Position numbers and translations under genes: made by a program. The notes below the pieces were generated by a model that searched no databases, was not told the DNA's origin, and saw only the letters and a list, made by a program, of their open reading frames with translations. Source: Okamejei kenojei (Eukaryota). From it: a stretch of DNA of 64,000 nt. Shown piece after piece: positions 39,085-52,410 of the stretch; position 1 is the stretch's first letter, and each line of letters opens with the position of its first letter. The DNA lies in NCBI GenBank assembly GCA_035221665.1, contig CM069162.1, positions 9,734,001-9,798,000 on the forward strand, in the 5' to 3' direction.

Positions 39085-39415
39085 AGAAACAGGCCCTTTG
39101 GCTCCCGAGTCCACGCAAGCCTCATTAATCAGCTAGTTACCCTGATCCTACATGAATCACGCTTGTTATTCTCCCCCGATGCTCACCAAACATGGCCAGA
39201 TTCTGCCCCTCACCTTCACACTGGTGGCAATTCACAGCGGCCAACTAATCTATCAACCTTTACGATTTCGGGATGTGGGGGGGAACCACCTGGAGGAAAA
39301 CCCATACAGTCACAGAGAGAACGTGGGAAACGCCACACAGACAACAACAGTTTGGATTAAACCTGGGTTCTTGGATGTGTGAGGCCGTGGTTCTATTGGC
39401 TGCGCGCTCTGCTGT
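39085..39415 (-). mobile_element. HE1-type V-SINE
   Basis: gaaacaggccctttggc...cctggaggaaaacccatacagtcacagagagaacg...aacctgggttc. Confidence 0.7.
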
Positions 39416-41829
39416 TTGCTTCCGTCAAAATGAATATTGCACTCTAATATTACCATTCATTGATTGATGTACACAACAGTATCTTTGTACTGTAATGAAA
39501 CAAGTACATTATCATCTCAAGCTTTCATCATGAACAAAATATACAATGATAATTGAAATAACATTTCAGCATTCCTCAAGCTCTTGATGATAACATATCC
39601 AACAGATATCATCAACATGGTGGTAACACAAATCTCAATACTTACAGGTTTTAAAAATCCCACTCCCCCATGCCTTCTGCAATGCATCATTTTGCATTTG
39701 GAAAAAGAGGAGTACACGAGGAGCTAAATATTTCATTTATTTTTTTAATATGATGGATTCAAGTGTTTGGAAACATGTCAAAGGAAATTCAGTTTTCCCT
39801 TCCGCCAAGTAACATGCGTTTGGATTTTGGCAGAATGAGTAGTTTTCCAAAGTTTGCCTGACAACCACGCAGATATCAACCAAATCCACAGACCTTGTGG
39901 AAAGTATTAACAATTTGAAATGCAACTAGTTACATACTTGTATTTGTATAGGTGGTCACATAGTCATTCTGAATGTTTGGAGTGCTGCTTTTATAAGGAA
40001 ATTTGCTTCTTATACTTCCCTGTACTGGTTTGTAATGAATAGCTGACAAATTCATTTTGTGAAGATAATGTTGATTTGTATGGAAGGAAACAAAAAAGTG
40101 AGCTCTAGATTGCTTGTGCTATAAACCAGCATCTTGGTTGTTTATATATGGGAGGTTGCTGTCTGAATCCATCAATTTTGTGCAAGAACATTTCATGAAT
40201 GGAAGCACCGATTGCTTTTTATTTCTAACTCGGTGCTGCCACTAACTGGATGACTTATGAAACTGCGATATATCTTTATCGGGCAATATCTTTTGTGGGA
40301 CTTGATCTTTTAATCTGACTTTCCAGTCAGCATTTGTAAGCAGCATGAATGTTTATTGAGAATTTTACCAACCCCATCAAAATACTATTATCTGTATTGA
40401 ACAACTACATTCACAACATAGCAAAACCTTTGCAACCAATTACGCTTGGGAACTATTTCATCCTTCAAATTTTGCATAGTTGTTTGCTAAATGTGATACT
40501 GCCACAAACTTGAATAAAATATGATTTTTGACTTTAATACTAAATTCATGAAAATATTACATGTCCAATGTAATGATATGGTTAATCAATTTCATGGGGA
40601 ATTTAAATGGAAGAGATCAAATCGGTTCACTCGAAAGCTTCTTTCAAACCTCTCCACATAGAATGATAATGCAGAACAATCAATTTATAGTACTAACATT
40701 TATGAACCCTTTAAATTGAAGCTGGAGTAGGCCTTTTGAGTCTGGTCTGGAATTCAATGAGTTTATAACTAGTTCAGTTATAAACTCTATTTTAGAAGGG
40801 TATGGTCCAAATGCAGGTAAATGGGACTAACTGAGATGAGGCATATTGGTCAGCATGGATGAGTTGGGCTGAAGGGCCTGTTTTCAGTTCTGTGTGGCTC
40901 TACCTATTACTCTGAAACTGGTTCAGTTGTGGAATCCTCTTTGCTAACAATCCCAAATATGCTTATTTCTTCAGCATCCAAATGTAATTGAGTGTTTCAA
41001 ATGGATATAATCAAGTCCCTATGTGTAATGCAACCATGACATTTTTTCAATTATTGTAAAAATGTGTGATATCATGAATTTCTGAAACTTGGATATTAAT
41101 GGTGGTTACACCATTCACGGAAGGAACATGACATTTGTGAATGTGTGCTTACAAAAGACAAACTACAGTTGCCTTTACACAGACACATCTAACCCATGTG
41201 CACATATTACAAGTGAACTAATTTGTCACCTTTATATTTGTCACTGGTCATGTTTTTCCTGCCTTCGCTATTTTCACTAATGTTCCAAGTGTGAACATGG
41301 AACAGTGCAGTACAGGAGCAGGCCCTTTGGCCCACAATGTCCTTGTCAAAAATGATGCCAAGATAACCTAATCTCATCTGCCTGCTTGTGATCCATATCC
41401 CTCCGTTCCCTGCATTTAATATCAAACCAGAAAATGCCCAGAAGTTCATCCATTAGTTTTTCTATTATGTAACAACTTTAAACAGCTGATTTTTTTCCTT
41501 TATTTTTCTAGATTTTATTATTTTTGCTTATGAGAAAAAAAAAGAAATTGATCATAGCTACATATCTAAAAGCAGTGACTGCTAAGACAATTGTAATTGT
41601 CAAGACTGAGTTGAATATTCTCTCGTTTTATAATGGGATAGAGAGCAAAGGCAGGAAAATTAAGTTTCGGTATAGATTAGTCATCATATATTTGATTGGT
41701 AGAACACAGTGCTACAGACTGGTTGAATGAAACACTCCTACTTTAATGCTGCATTTTATATCCAAATAAATCTAACAATAAATGCTCTACAACTTTACGT
41801 TCTACTTTAATGCACATGGACATTCATGT

Positions 41830-41941
41830 ATAGGAAGGAACTGCAGATACTGGTTTATACCGAAGATGGGCACAAAGTATGGAGTAACTCAGCGAGTCAG
41901 GCAGCATCTCTGGTAATAGGTGACGTTTCTGACATTCTTCA
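41830..41941 (-). mobile_element. Short Penelope-derived insertion
   Basis: aggaaggaactgcagatactgg...gacgtttc..ttcttcag; 11-bp TSD gacattcatgt at 41819-41829 and 41942-41952. Confidence 0.75.
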
Positions 41942-42352
41942 GACATTCATGTGGCTGCTTCAAACAACTCTAAACTCAAAGTGGCACACTACTCTGAAGT
42001 GGACTATTATGGGAATAATTCATCTCTTTTGGATCTGTAATTTTACTGTATACATGTGAATTACGGGGTCTTATCATCCAGATTATTTCTCTGCTGAATC
42101 CACTGTGTCATATGTTGTGCTTGATGTGGAAGGTGCTGAAAATTTCAAACCACGTGGCCATGAATGTCACTATTACTGAACTGGAAGATCTCAGCAAATA
42201 TTGCTTACACTTGCGTGTGCTTTGTGACCAACTCATGTGATCTGATTGAAGTTATTTAAAATGTAAATACCAAATACTTGCTCACTGTTTATTAGCACAG
42301 TGCAAAGTGCTAATATTGTTCCTTTTATAATTTCATTTATTTAGCCTGCTGA

Positions 42353-42589
<237 letters not shown>

Positions 42590-43169
42590 TAATCTTGAAG
42601 ATGTATTATCTTCATAAGTACATCTGAATGTACAAACAGTAAACTCACTTTTTTGGGTTGGGTCAAGATTCGGTATTTGGGGACACATGACGTCAACCCT
42701 ATTCACTGTCAACACAAATGCATGCAACAGCAGAAGTTAGTTGTGTTGGAAAGAATCTTGTCCTGTGTCCTGGTAGACCAAAGACAACTTTTTCATCCAC
42801 TGTATTTTCAATGCATGAACACTGGAAGTTCCTTATAGTCGATAACTATGTTGCAGGCATAGTTTTTTTTGCCAGATTAACTTTTTGGATTCAGGAGAAG
42901 TCTCAAAACCAGTAATGCCGGAAGCTTTATTATAATTAAATATGGTAGAAGTTGATGCAGATTATATTTTCAGTTGATTTTGATGTACACAAGCATTCCA
43001 TAACATGTGAAAAAGCAATTTTAATTCCCCCTATATTCTCTGTTTCTTAACTGTAGCATCACACTGTGCTCTGCTTAATTTGATCTGTTTCATGGCCTTT
43101 ATATCGATGGGTATTGCACTCGGTTTTGATCTTATCAGGCTACAGTAAGTGGATTTAGTTATTATTCCA

Positions 43170-43975
43170 GAAACATAGAAAATAGGTGCAGGGGGCCATT
43201 ATGCCCTTCGAGCCAGCACCGCCATTCATTCTGATTATGGCTGATCGTCCACAATCAATAACCCATGCCTGCCATCTCCCCATATCCCTTGATTCCACTA
43301 GCCACTAGAGCTATATCAAACTCTCTCTTAAATCCATCCAGTGATTTGGCCTCCACTGCCCTCTGTGGCAGGGAATTCCACAAATTCACAACTGTCTGGG
43401 TGAAAAAGTTTTTTCTCACCTCAGTCTTAAATGGCCTCCCCTTTATTCTAAGACTGTGGCCCCTGGTTCTGGACTCGCCCAACATTGGGAACATTTTTCC
43501 TGCATCTAGCTTGTCCAGTCCTTTTATAATTTTATATGTTTCTATAAGATTCCCCCTCATCCTTTTAAACTCCAGTGAATACAAGCCTAGTCTTTTCAAT
43601 CTTTCCTCATATGACAGTCCCGCCATCCCAGGGATCAATTGTGTGAACCTATGCTGCACTGCCTCAAGCACAAGGATGTCCTTCCTCAAATTAGGAGACC
43701 AAAAATGTACACAATACTCCAGATGTGGTCTTACCAGAGCCCTATACAACTGCAGAATAACCTCTCTACTCCTATACTGGAATCCTCTTGTTATGAAGAC
43801 CAACATTCCATTAGCTTTCTTCACTGCCTGCTGTACCTGCACGCCAACTTTCAGTGACCAGTGTACAAGGACACCCAGGTCTCGCTGTACCTTTCCCTTA
43901 CCTAACCTAACCTAACCCCATTGAGATAATAAACTGCCCCCTTGTTGTTGCCACCAGAGTGGATAACCTCACATT
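43170..43975 (-). mobile_element. 5'-truncated CR1 LINE, relatively young
   Basis: ORF 43255..43842: QLYRALVRPHLEYCVHFWSP...NFFTQTVVNLWNSLP; 3' UTR and tail at the left end. Confidence 0.92.
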
Positions 43976-44935
43976 CTGTGGTCATGCATTTGCATTGTAA
44001 TTTTTTCTTTTATAAGTGGCGGCACATCTTGAGATGAAGAACCGTAGAAGTCAAACAGGGCACTTTGTTAAAATTTCCAACTTGCATCTTACTCTTACTT
44101 TTCTTCATAAGATTTACGCATAGACAATTCTGCTGACAGTTCAGAATTGATCTCTGGAATGAATGTTTGTCATTTTGACAGAATTGTGCCTAATTTGAAC
44201 AAGACTGTATAATATTGATCTTTAAAGGTTTTTATCAATCATCTTTACCTTACATTGGTTACAGCTGATTTTTGTTTCTTGAATCGCAACTTCATGCTTT
44301 GAAATCTCCCAATTGCTTGCATACATTATTTGGTGCTGCTCAATATTCGGCTGATGGTTCCGACAGTTTTCATTGTTATTTTGTAAGTCAACAGCAGAGG
44401 GTTTCCAGTAAATTTGCCGTTCATTTTCTCACATTGAGGAGCTGCAGCTTTTATACCAAACTGTGAAGCATTTAAATATTTTTCCCCCTGAAAGTGTGTG
44501 CTCTGAAATTGTGTTAACGCGTTTGAAATCTCCGAACAAGGACCATGAACTTAAAATGGAGTGAATTTGTGATCTTATCAATAACCTTACAAGGTTAGAC
44601 AGTCCTTTCATTCCCTCATGCTTGCAGCAAGATATCTTAAGGACAGTTGAAGGCGTTCATGTTTGCTTATTCTATCAGAAATTGTCTTGATGTGTCTCTA
44701 CTCTCCCCTCTCCCAATTTTTCCATTTAGATTCTGAGGTCATTGTTTGCCACATAACTTTGCCTGAGGGATTAGAGATTAAAATGGTAAATAGATTAAGC
44801 ATTTACCATAATTGGTACCAATGTATAGCTATTTGCAGATAGTTTAGTTATTGTTGAAAATGTTCATATTAAAAGTCGTCAATCATGTTGGAGATGCCAC
44901 AGAACTTCGGTGACCTTGGTTTGATTCTGACCTCA

Positions 44936-45245
44936 GACACTTTAGACTTTAATGATACAGCGCGGAAACAGACTCTTCAGCCCACCAAGTCTGCACCTAC
45001 CAGCGATCACCCCGTACAGTAGAAATATCCTACAAACTAGGGACAATTTACAATTTTACTGAAGCCAATTAACCTACAAACCTGTACATCTTTTGAGTTT
45101 TGGAGGAAACCGGAGCATCCAGAGAAAACCCATGCGATTACAGGGAGAACGTACAAACTCCGTACAGACAGCACCTGTAGTCAGGATTGAACCCGGGTTC
45201 TCTGGCGCTGTAAGTCAGCAATTCTACCGCTGCACCACTGTGCTG
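44936..45245 (-). mobile_element. HE1-type V-SINE
   Basis: (gacttta)n tail; gccaattaacctacaaacctg; gaacccgggttctctggcgctgtaag. Confidence 0.85.
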
Positions 45246-48200
45246 ACACACTCTGTGCAGAGTTAGCATTTTCTTCCTTTGAACATGTGGGTTTTCCCCG
45301 GGTGCTCCAATTTTTATCCTATGACCCAAAGATATGGTGTAGGCTTAATTGCTAATGCAGGTAGCTGGGTGGGGGAATCAGAAGAGAGTCAATGGGCATG
45401 TGAGGGACAATAGATTGCAGGAAAATAAGCTGTGGGTGGGACTGGTGGGATTATTCCTAGAAACAGCATTGAGTTGATGCGCAAAAGGGCAACCTCATGG
45501 CATTATGAAATGTGAAAATACAAAATGTTGTATATTTTAAAATATAAAATATTGTAAAATGTTATACAAAATACAAATCGTCATGATATTAGTCACATTT
45601 CAAGTTGATTTTGTAGGGAATATTTCACGAAAATCCAGATTATAACTAGAATCTTGCCAATCAAAGTTCTGTGTAGCAATACATCAAAACTTTAGGAAAG
45701 GGCTGAAATAAAACAGAAAATGAAGATCACGAAACATCAATTGAAAGAGAAACTATTAAAATATCTGGCCATTGACATTCAAATGGCTGTTATCATCATT
45801 TGCTTCTGAAACGCCAAGCCACAGATTACTTAAAATTGCCTGCTTTGGTCTTTTAAACCATTACTTTTCAATGGGTAATGATGGTTCTGCAGCCGTCAAC
45901 ATTTTTTAGTTCTGGAAGGATAAAATAACATATCATTAGATGTAGAATTACAGCACTGCAACCTTTTGACTCGTGTGACTAGATGAGAAGAATTACCTGA
46001 GTAATTTAGAGCGTTGCTCATTACCCGTGTTTTAACCTTCCCACAGTAAAGCATGGGTTGCTCTTAACTGTACTTTGTGCTTCAAGTGCAAGATCAACTA
46101 ATTATCTACGAAAAGGGACTGTGGTTAGCTAAACAGGAAGGAGGACTCTGATCTCTAATCCTTTCCCTGGGTGAATTTTAAATACACACCAATAATGGAA
46201 ATACAGTATTATTGGCACTGGCACCAAATAAACAAAGGCATCTTTCAATTGGAGGCATAGATTCCTGCTCCGTGGATATAAATGGCCATGACTAAAACCA
46301 CGAAATCTCATTGTTCATTTCTGCAATAATGTCCAATAACAACATTATTTTCCCTGGCCTTATTCCACTTATCCTATATGTTACTTTATAGGGCAGCTGG
46401 TCATTTATAATTATGTTCTTATATCTGACTTGGGCCTGAGTGTTATCAGAATTAAACAATTAGCACAGTGAGGAATTGGGCAGGTTGTATTGCCAAGTTT
46501 TATGGCTAATAGTTTAATCTGGTAAGTGCCTTACTGCACTTATTTAATATGTGTTTGGATATATTCAGTTCCTCTGAAGGCACAATAATGGATAAAGCCA
46601 GTTGGCATCTGAACAGTGATAAAATCAGTTTTTACCTTTTTTGTGTTCAAAATAACCACCTAACGCTTAAGAGTTGATAATGCATGTTGAAAACATTAAG
46701 GAGGTCCTATATGTGTATCGTGTCCTATTTGTGCATGATGTCCTATATGTTGGGGGTGATGTGTGGGTTAAAATAAAACAGTGTTGGTGGTCACTTTGAA
46801 GCAGTAAACTTCCATTGTGGGTCCTAAAGCTGTGGTTACATTAATTAATATAACCCTTTTAAAGCAATGGCTTTGTGTGACATGCACTTCCGACTGAAAA
46901 GATTTAATTTGGAAGTTTCATTATTATCATTTATTCAAAAGATGAGTGGATTGCTGCAGAGTGGATTGTTTGTATTTGCCACCACGTTTAGTACAACTAC
47001 AGAATAATGACAAAAGCACGACATCCATACGAATCTTAAAAATAGTGTCCCTGCTGAAGAACGCATTGTTTCAATGACCCATTCAGTGTTGAGTGAATAA
47101 ATATTCCCAACTATGGCTGGAGGGAGAAATCACAATTGAAACCTAATCATTGTGGGAGAGATATTTCAGCTAAAGTTGTCACCAACTAGTGTATGGTGCA
47201 TTAGTTAATGAGCACATCTGTTAATTTGCTCTTCCAGTTCCATTTTTGAGTGATGTCCTCATAGATCAATATACTAGGTGATGGTAGTTGCACAATTATA
47301 CAGATCACTTGACTGATGGAATGTTTGAAAGCTTTTTTTTTTTAATTGTCCCCATTTTTGTGAAATGTAGTTGTTTGTTGATGGGAGTCATGTGGAGAGA
47401 TATGTTTTCTGACATTAAAATGGAAGAGAAGCAGGTGTGCACTTAACATCTGGTTGGCTTGCATGAATCGAGCGGTTGCTGCAGAGTTGGTTCAGACGGA
47501 CTAGCAGACGTCTTGATTAAATCAGTTCCTGATGTATTTTACTGTGAACAAAGTAAGGTTTGGCTGGACTCCTCTGGGCTGAAAGAGAGAACTCTCCCTG
47601 TTGGTCAGTAAATAGAGATCTCAGTGGTGAAAAACAGCTGGAGCTTCACAAGATTCTCTTACTGTCAGCAGAGGATTTCTGCTTTGATGAAGGGCCAGTT
47701 GGCAGTTGCCAGTTGGCCTCGAATCATATTCTTTCAATTAATAATTTTTCTACAAAGATTTAAAAACGACCAGATGGGACATGTAAAGGGAAAGCACTCT
47801 ATTTTGATAGACCTTTCTTTTTATTACTCTTAAAATTTGGTGCCCGTATATGTCAGCTCCTCTTTCCTCACTTATGAGACAACATTACTCCAGATGTTCA
47901 TCGCCCTATGATATCTCTCCTAAGTGGCCACCTTCAGGTGAGTTGACACAGAACAGTGTGAAATGGCAATGTTTAGGGCATCATTGTCGAACTGGCCCAA
48001 AGTTCACAATTCTGGGAATGATTTCCCACCATCCTTGTATGTTATGCTGGGATGTTTGAACCAATTTCATACATTAAACTAACATTACTTAATTCCTTTA
48101 ATTCAGTACAAACCAGGACTTGAACCGTGATAGTTTGTTTTACCCACCAGATTATTCGGGAAGCATTATTGCCTGATCTTTTGACATTTTAATGTTTTAA

Positions 48201-48744
48201 TTTCCAGCATTTATCAAATGTAGTTTAGGTTGTTAGGTTTAGTTTATTCGGCACTACTTTTTTGTTACTCTTCAAGTTTTGCCATTAAATCTTGGATCAG
48301 TTAAGGGTATTGAGAGTAAATTATTTTGGGAAAGGATATTGAGGTAAGATTGCAGATTGTAGGATGGAAATTTGTTGAAAAGTGAAACATGTTCATTGAT
48401 TTATCCCAAAGTGCAGCCTGATTAATTCTGTACACTTGGTGGAATCTTTACTTGAATACATGAGGAATTACCCGTTACACTTTAAATCTCAAGGGATTTT
48501 CATGTTTTGAATTTTAGGGTCCATGTAAGATATGGAAGTTTATAAATTGATTGTTTTCAGTTCAGCAATTGTAAATTGTCATATAAATTACAGCTGTAAA
48601 GTGTTTGGTATAATTTGTTAATTACAATGTGTGAACCATGGCTATTTTCAGAAGTACAGTAAACCCTCGTTATAACAGATCATGTGGGGGGAAATGGTGT
48701 TAGTTATTGACAATTGTCCGCTATAACCAAGGAAGGTATTATCT

Positions 48745-49109
48745 TGGAGTAACACAGCGGGTCAGACAGCAGCTCTGGAGAAAAGGAATAGGTGATGTTT
48801 CGGGTCAAGACCCTTTTTCCTCACAACCCAAAACATCACTTCCATTTCTCCAGAGATGCTGTCTAACCCACTGAGTTAGACAGCTTTTTGTGTCTATCTT
48901 CATTTTAAACAACATCTACAGTTCCTTCCTGCACACAATGTGTGTTGTTGAAACAAAGAACTGCAGATGATGGTTAATACACTAAAGGACACAAAGTGCA
49001 GGAGTAACTCAACGGGTCAGGCAGCATCTCTGCAGAACATGGATAGGTGACATTGAGACCCTTCTTCAGACTGATTCAGTCTGCTGAGTTACTCCAGCAT
49101 TTTGTGTCA
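48745..49109. mobile_element. Two Penelope-derived foldback insertions nested in the Tigger-like element
   Basis: pLTR consensus arms at ~48745-48930 and ~48950-49109. Confidence 0.75.
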
Positions 49110-49283
49110 CTTCACCTTAAAACTAGGCACTGATGCCACTGGTCTGTATCAGCAAGCCCTTCCTCACCAACTACCACATGGTCCGGTTGAAATGACTGTT
49201 GTTGTGGCTCACGTTGTAGCCCTTCACTGACCGTGCTTTCTTCAGGCCGCCGCTACCGCCAGGATGTGCTTGGTCATTGGTGG
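49110..49283 (-). pseudogene. Decayed histone H1 (H15 globular domain)-like fragment
   Basis: Minus-strand translation across two frameshifts: PPMTKHILAVAAA / LKKARSVKGYNVSHNNSHFNRTMW*LVRKGLLIQTSGISA / SFKVK, versus the H1 consensus PPVSELITKAVAAS...[47 protein letters not shown]. Confidence 0.75.
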
Positions 49284-50652
49284 AATCTGTCAGCGAGTCC
49301 TGAGGAGGAGGAGGAGGCAGCATGGGTGCGGGGAGTGAACAAAGTGACGGCCAACAGGAAGAAGCGGCGGCTGGTGAGCGGGGTGTGAGCCCCACAGACA
49401 TCTACGCGCGGCAACAGCGTGAAGAAAGTGTTGTCCCCAGGGGCTGCAACATGAGGTGCGACAACAACTGTGTCAACCGGACCTTGCTATTGGTGATGAT
49501 AGCTGGGGGTAGAGTCGGCGGCTGGGTGTTGTGCGCAGGTACCTCTGCTAAAACCAAAATCTGTTATAAAGAAGTCCGTTAAAATGAGGGTTTACTGTAG
49601 TGGCCAACAAGATCTGGGCAGTGCATTATTTGAACGATTTACCACCAACACATAAAAGAGTTTCAGTATTATTATGATAATATACAAAGATTAGTCTAAA
49701 TTAATTTAGTAAATAAGATAACCTGGTAGTGAAATAAGAAAATAATTCTGAGTTAAGTGCAGTTTCAGTTTGAAGATTTCCATGAAAATAAATCTCACTG
49801 AAGATAAATCACTTATCACTATTCACCTTGAACAGATAATGTCATCAAGTATCCATAGCTCGTTTTTATTATCTGATTAATGGCATGTGAAATGCTACTT
49901 CTCCTGAAATAATGCATAAATCTTTTTAAGCAAATTAGTTTGATTCCCCCCCCCCCCCCCCCCAAATCCAAAGTGTAATCACAGCTTTTATTCTTATTAA
50001 CTAAAGCAAAATAATTATTTTATTTGGTTTTCCATGATCTTGCCACCATTCTCTGTTAGTGGTTTATTTTTAGGAAAAGGTAAATAAAGTTCATTACAGA
50101 TGCCTTCATGTATGTGAATTGGTGTCTTTTTTTGGGTGGAATTAATGAACTGAAAACAGAAGAATCTTTCTTAAAATAATTTGGTAAGTGGTTGTTTAAA
50201 TAAGTTTGAAATAGACATTCAAAAGAGCTTTTTAAATAATATATTGTAACTACGCACCTGGTAATCTAACTGTGTTCTCTATCCTAAAAAATAATTATAA
50301 CTTGAAGTAATGCTCAGGGTTTTTATGAGCAGACCTGCTGAGAAGCTGCATGACAACATTAGCTGAATGTGCATGTGTGACCGCTTGGTGCTACATTCTA
50401 TCTTCCATTGGTTCAAATACTGAGATGAAAACGTTTGAAAGCACACCTAAACAGTGATGTGTATGCATGTACAGGAAAAATAGGAACATTTCAGGTTGTC
50501 AGTTTGACAGTGGTGTACATGAGGGTTTGTTTTGGAATACAATATCAACTTGTCAGCATAAACAAGGCATGTTGGTGTTAGTTTGGAATCTCATTGTCGG
50601 GGCAAGTTTTTCTGTGTTGGGTTATCCGACAACAGCAGTGCAGATGGTTTAG

Positions 50653-50962
50653 GGAGCACAGCGGGGCAGCAGTAGAGTTGCTGCCTGACAGCGCCAGAGA
50701 CCCCATGTTCAATCCTGACTACAGATGTGGTCCGTACGGAGTTTGTACATTCTCCCTGTGACCATATGGGTTTTCACCAGGTGCTCCGGTTTCCTACCAC
50801 ACTCCTAAGACATGCTGGTTTGTAGGTTTATTGGCTTTGATAAAAATTATAAATTGTCCCTAGTGTGTAGGATACTGCAAGTGCACGGGATGAACGCTGG
50901 TCGGCACGGACTCTGTGTGCTGAAGGGCCTGTCTCTATACTGTATCTCTACTGTCTAAAGTC
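50653..50962 (+). mobile_element. HE1-type V-SINE
   Basis: gtagagttgctgcctgacagcgccagagaccc head; ccaggtgctccggtttcctaccacactcc V-domain; tgaagggcctgtctc tail. Confidence 0.85.
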
Positions 50963-51229
50963 AAGATGGACATGGCCAAATGAGAAATTAATGGATGTCC
51001 TCTGCGTGAGAGGATGGATGACCACTGCATTGTAAACATTATTCCACAAATTAAAAAGCAAATTAACGATGTTCTTCATATTAAGTAAAAAAGTTTTAAT
51101 ATCAGATTCATGTGACATTAGTTAGTACCTAATACTTGGTTGGATCCTATGTTCCCTGAATAAAGATAAAATTTTTTATAGATGTCTAAATAAAATGGGA
51201 TCATTAAAAAAAAAATTAAAAAACATTAT

Positions 51230-51510
51230 TGCTAAATAGGTTTGAGGTGAGAGGGGAAAGATTGAATAGGAATCTGAGTGCCACAATTTTCCACTCAGAA
51301 GAATGGTTGGTATATGGATGAGCTGCCAGAAATGATAGTTGAGGCAGGTACCATAATAACATTAAAAAGACATTTGGACAAGTGCATGGATAGGAAAATG
51401 TTTTGAGTGATATAAGCCGAACACGGGCAGGTGGGACCAGGGCAGATGGGGCATCTTGGTCGGTGTGGGCAAGTTGGGCCAAATAACCTGTTTCCATGTT
51501 GTACGACTAA
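51230..51510 (+). mobile_element. CR1 LINE 3' end
   Basis: aggtgagaggggaaagatt...gagctgccaga...gaggcaggtac...gttgggccaaataacctgtttcc. Confidence 0.75.
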
Positions 51511-51837
51511 AATATTCTAGGTATTACAAAATTGAGAAAAAGGTAGAAAATTGCAAGACAATTTTCATCATTCTTCACTTTAAGGGACAAGTATATTCAT
51601 GTATTGTTGAATGAATTTCTGCACTGATTCCACTCTATTGCAGAGCTGCCTCCTCGAAGTCACTTGGGAGTCGGGTTCTGCTTTATAATTTTTTTCCTCA
51701 TTTGACAATGCCTGTTTTCAAATGTGTTTTCATTTATCGTAAAATTTCCCCTTGGGGAACTGTTTATTAAGAGTATTCAATTATATTAGCATTTTTAATA
51801 TATATCCTACATCTGAATTTTGAATAAATACTTGTGA

Positions 51838-51975
<138 letters not shown>

Positions 51976-52084
51976 TGAGTAATTAATGTGATGGTTTATT
52001 TGACTAAAGCAGCAAGATTGAAATATTAATTGGTTTTAAAATATTGTCATGATAATATCAATTACAAATGTTTTTTCCTTACAG

Positions 52085-52189
52085 AGGGAAATGCAATATT
52101 ATACATTTTTCTGACATATTTGCCGCGAGAGAATTCAAGCCACAACTGGACCAATTTTTTTATATTCTGGGCTACAACCCAGAGACGAG
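52085..52189 (+). CDS. RERE: Internal coding exon (105 nt), end of RERE BAH domain
   Basis: ttttttccttacAG acceptor; AG+A=Arg then [35 protein letters not shown]; donor AG|GTAAGG at 52190. Confidence 0.92.
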
Positions 52190-52209
52190 GTAAGGAGGTG
52201 ACATTTGCA

Positions 52210-52410
52210 ATCAAAAATAATGCAGATGCTGGAAATCTAAAATTACAATACAAGCAACTTTGAATTTTCTGTATTTAAGTCTGAAGAAGGGTCTCGATCT
52301 TAAACGTCACCCGTCCCTTCTCTCCAGAGATGCTGCCTGTCCCGCTGAGTTACTCCGCATTTTTGTGTCTTCCTTTGAGTATTTCCAACATTTTCTGTTT
52401 TTATTTAAGG
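52210..52410. mobile_element. Nested Penelope-derived elements immediately downstream of a RERE exon
   Basis: Younger + strand copy at ~52280-52372 (ctgaagaagggtctcgatcttaaacgtc) inside older foldback arms. Confidence 0.7.

Larger units (their letters stand above)
48657..49597. mobile_element. Non-autonomous pogo/Tigger-like DNA transposon with captured cargo
   Basis: TA-CAGTAAACCCTCGTTATAAC ... GTTAAAATGAGGGTTTACTG-TA (TIRs plus TA TSD); subterminal tccgctataac/ctgttataaa repeats; no transposase. Confidence 0.8.

Noticed and set aside
43265-43915. 216-aa plus-strand ORF
   Set aside because: Antisense shadow of the CR1 RT on the minus strand.
49322-49582. 86-aa plus-strand ORF in the Tigger-like element as a transposase remnant
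   Set aside because: No HTH or DDE motifs; it overlaps GC-rich cargo whose recognisable signal is on the minus strand.
49886-49903. Poly-C tract
   Set aside because: Simple homopolymer with no associated structure; its length may be unreliable.
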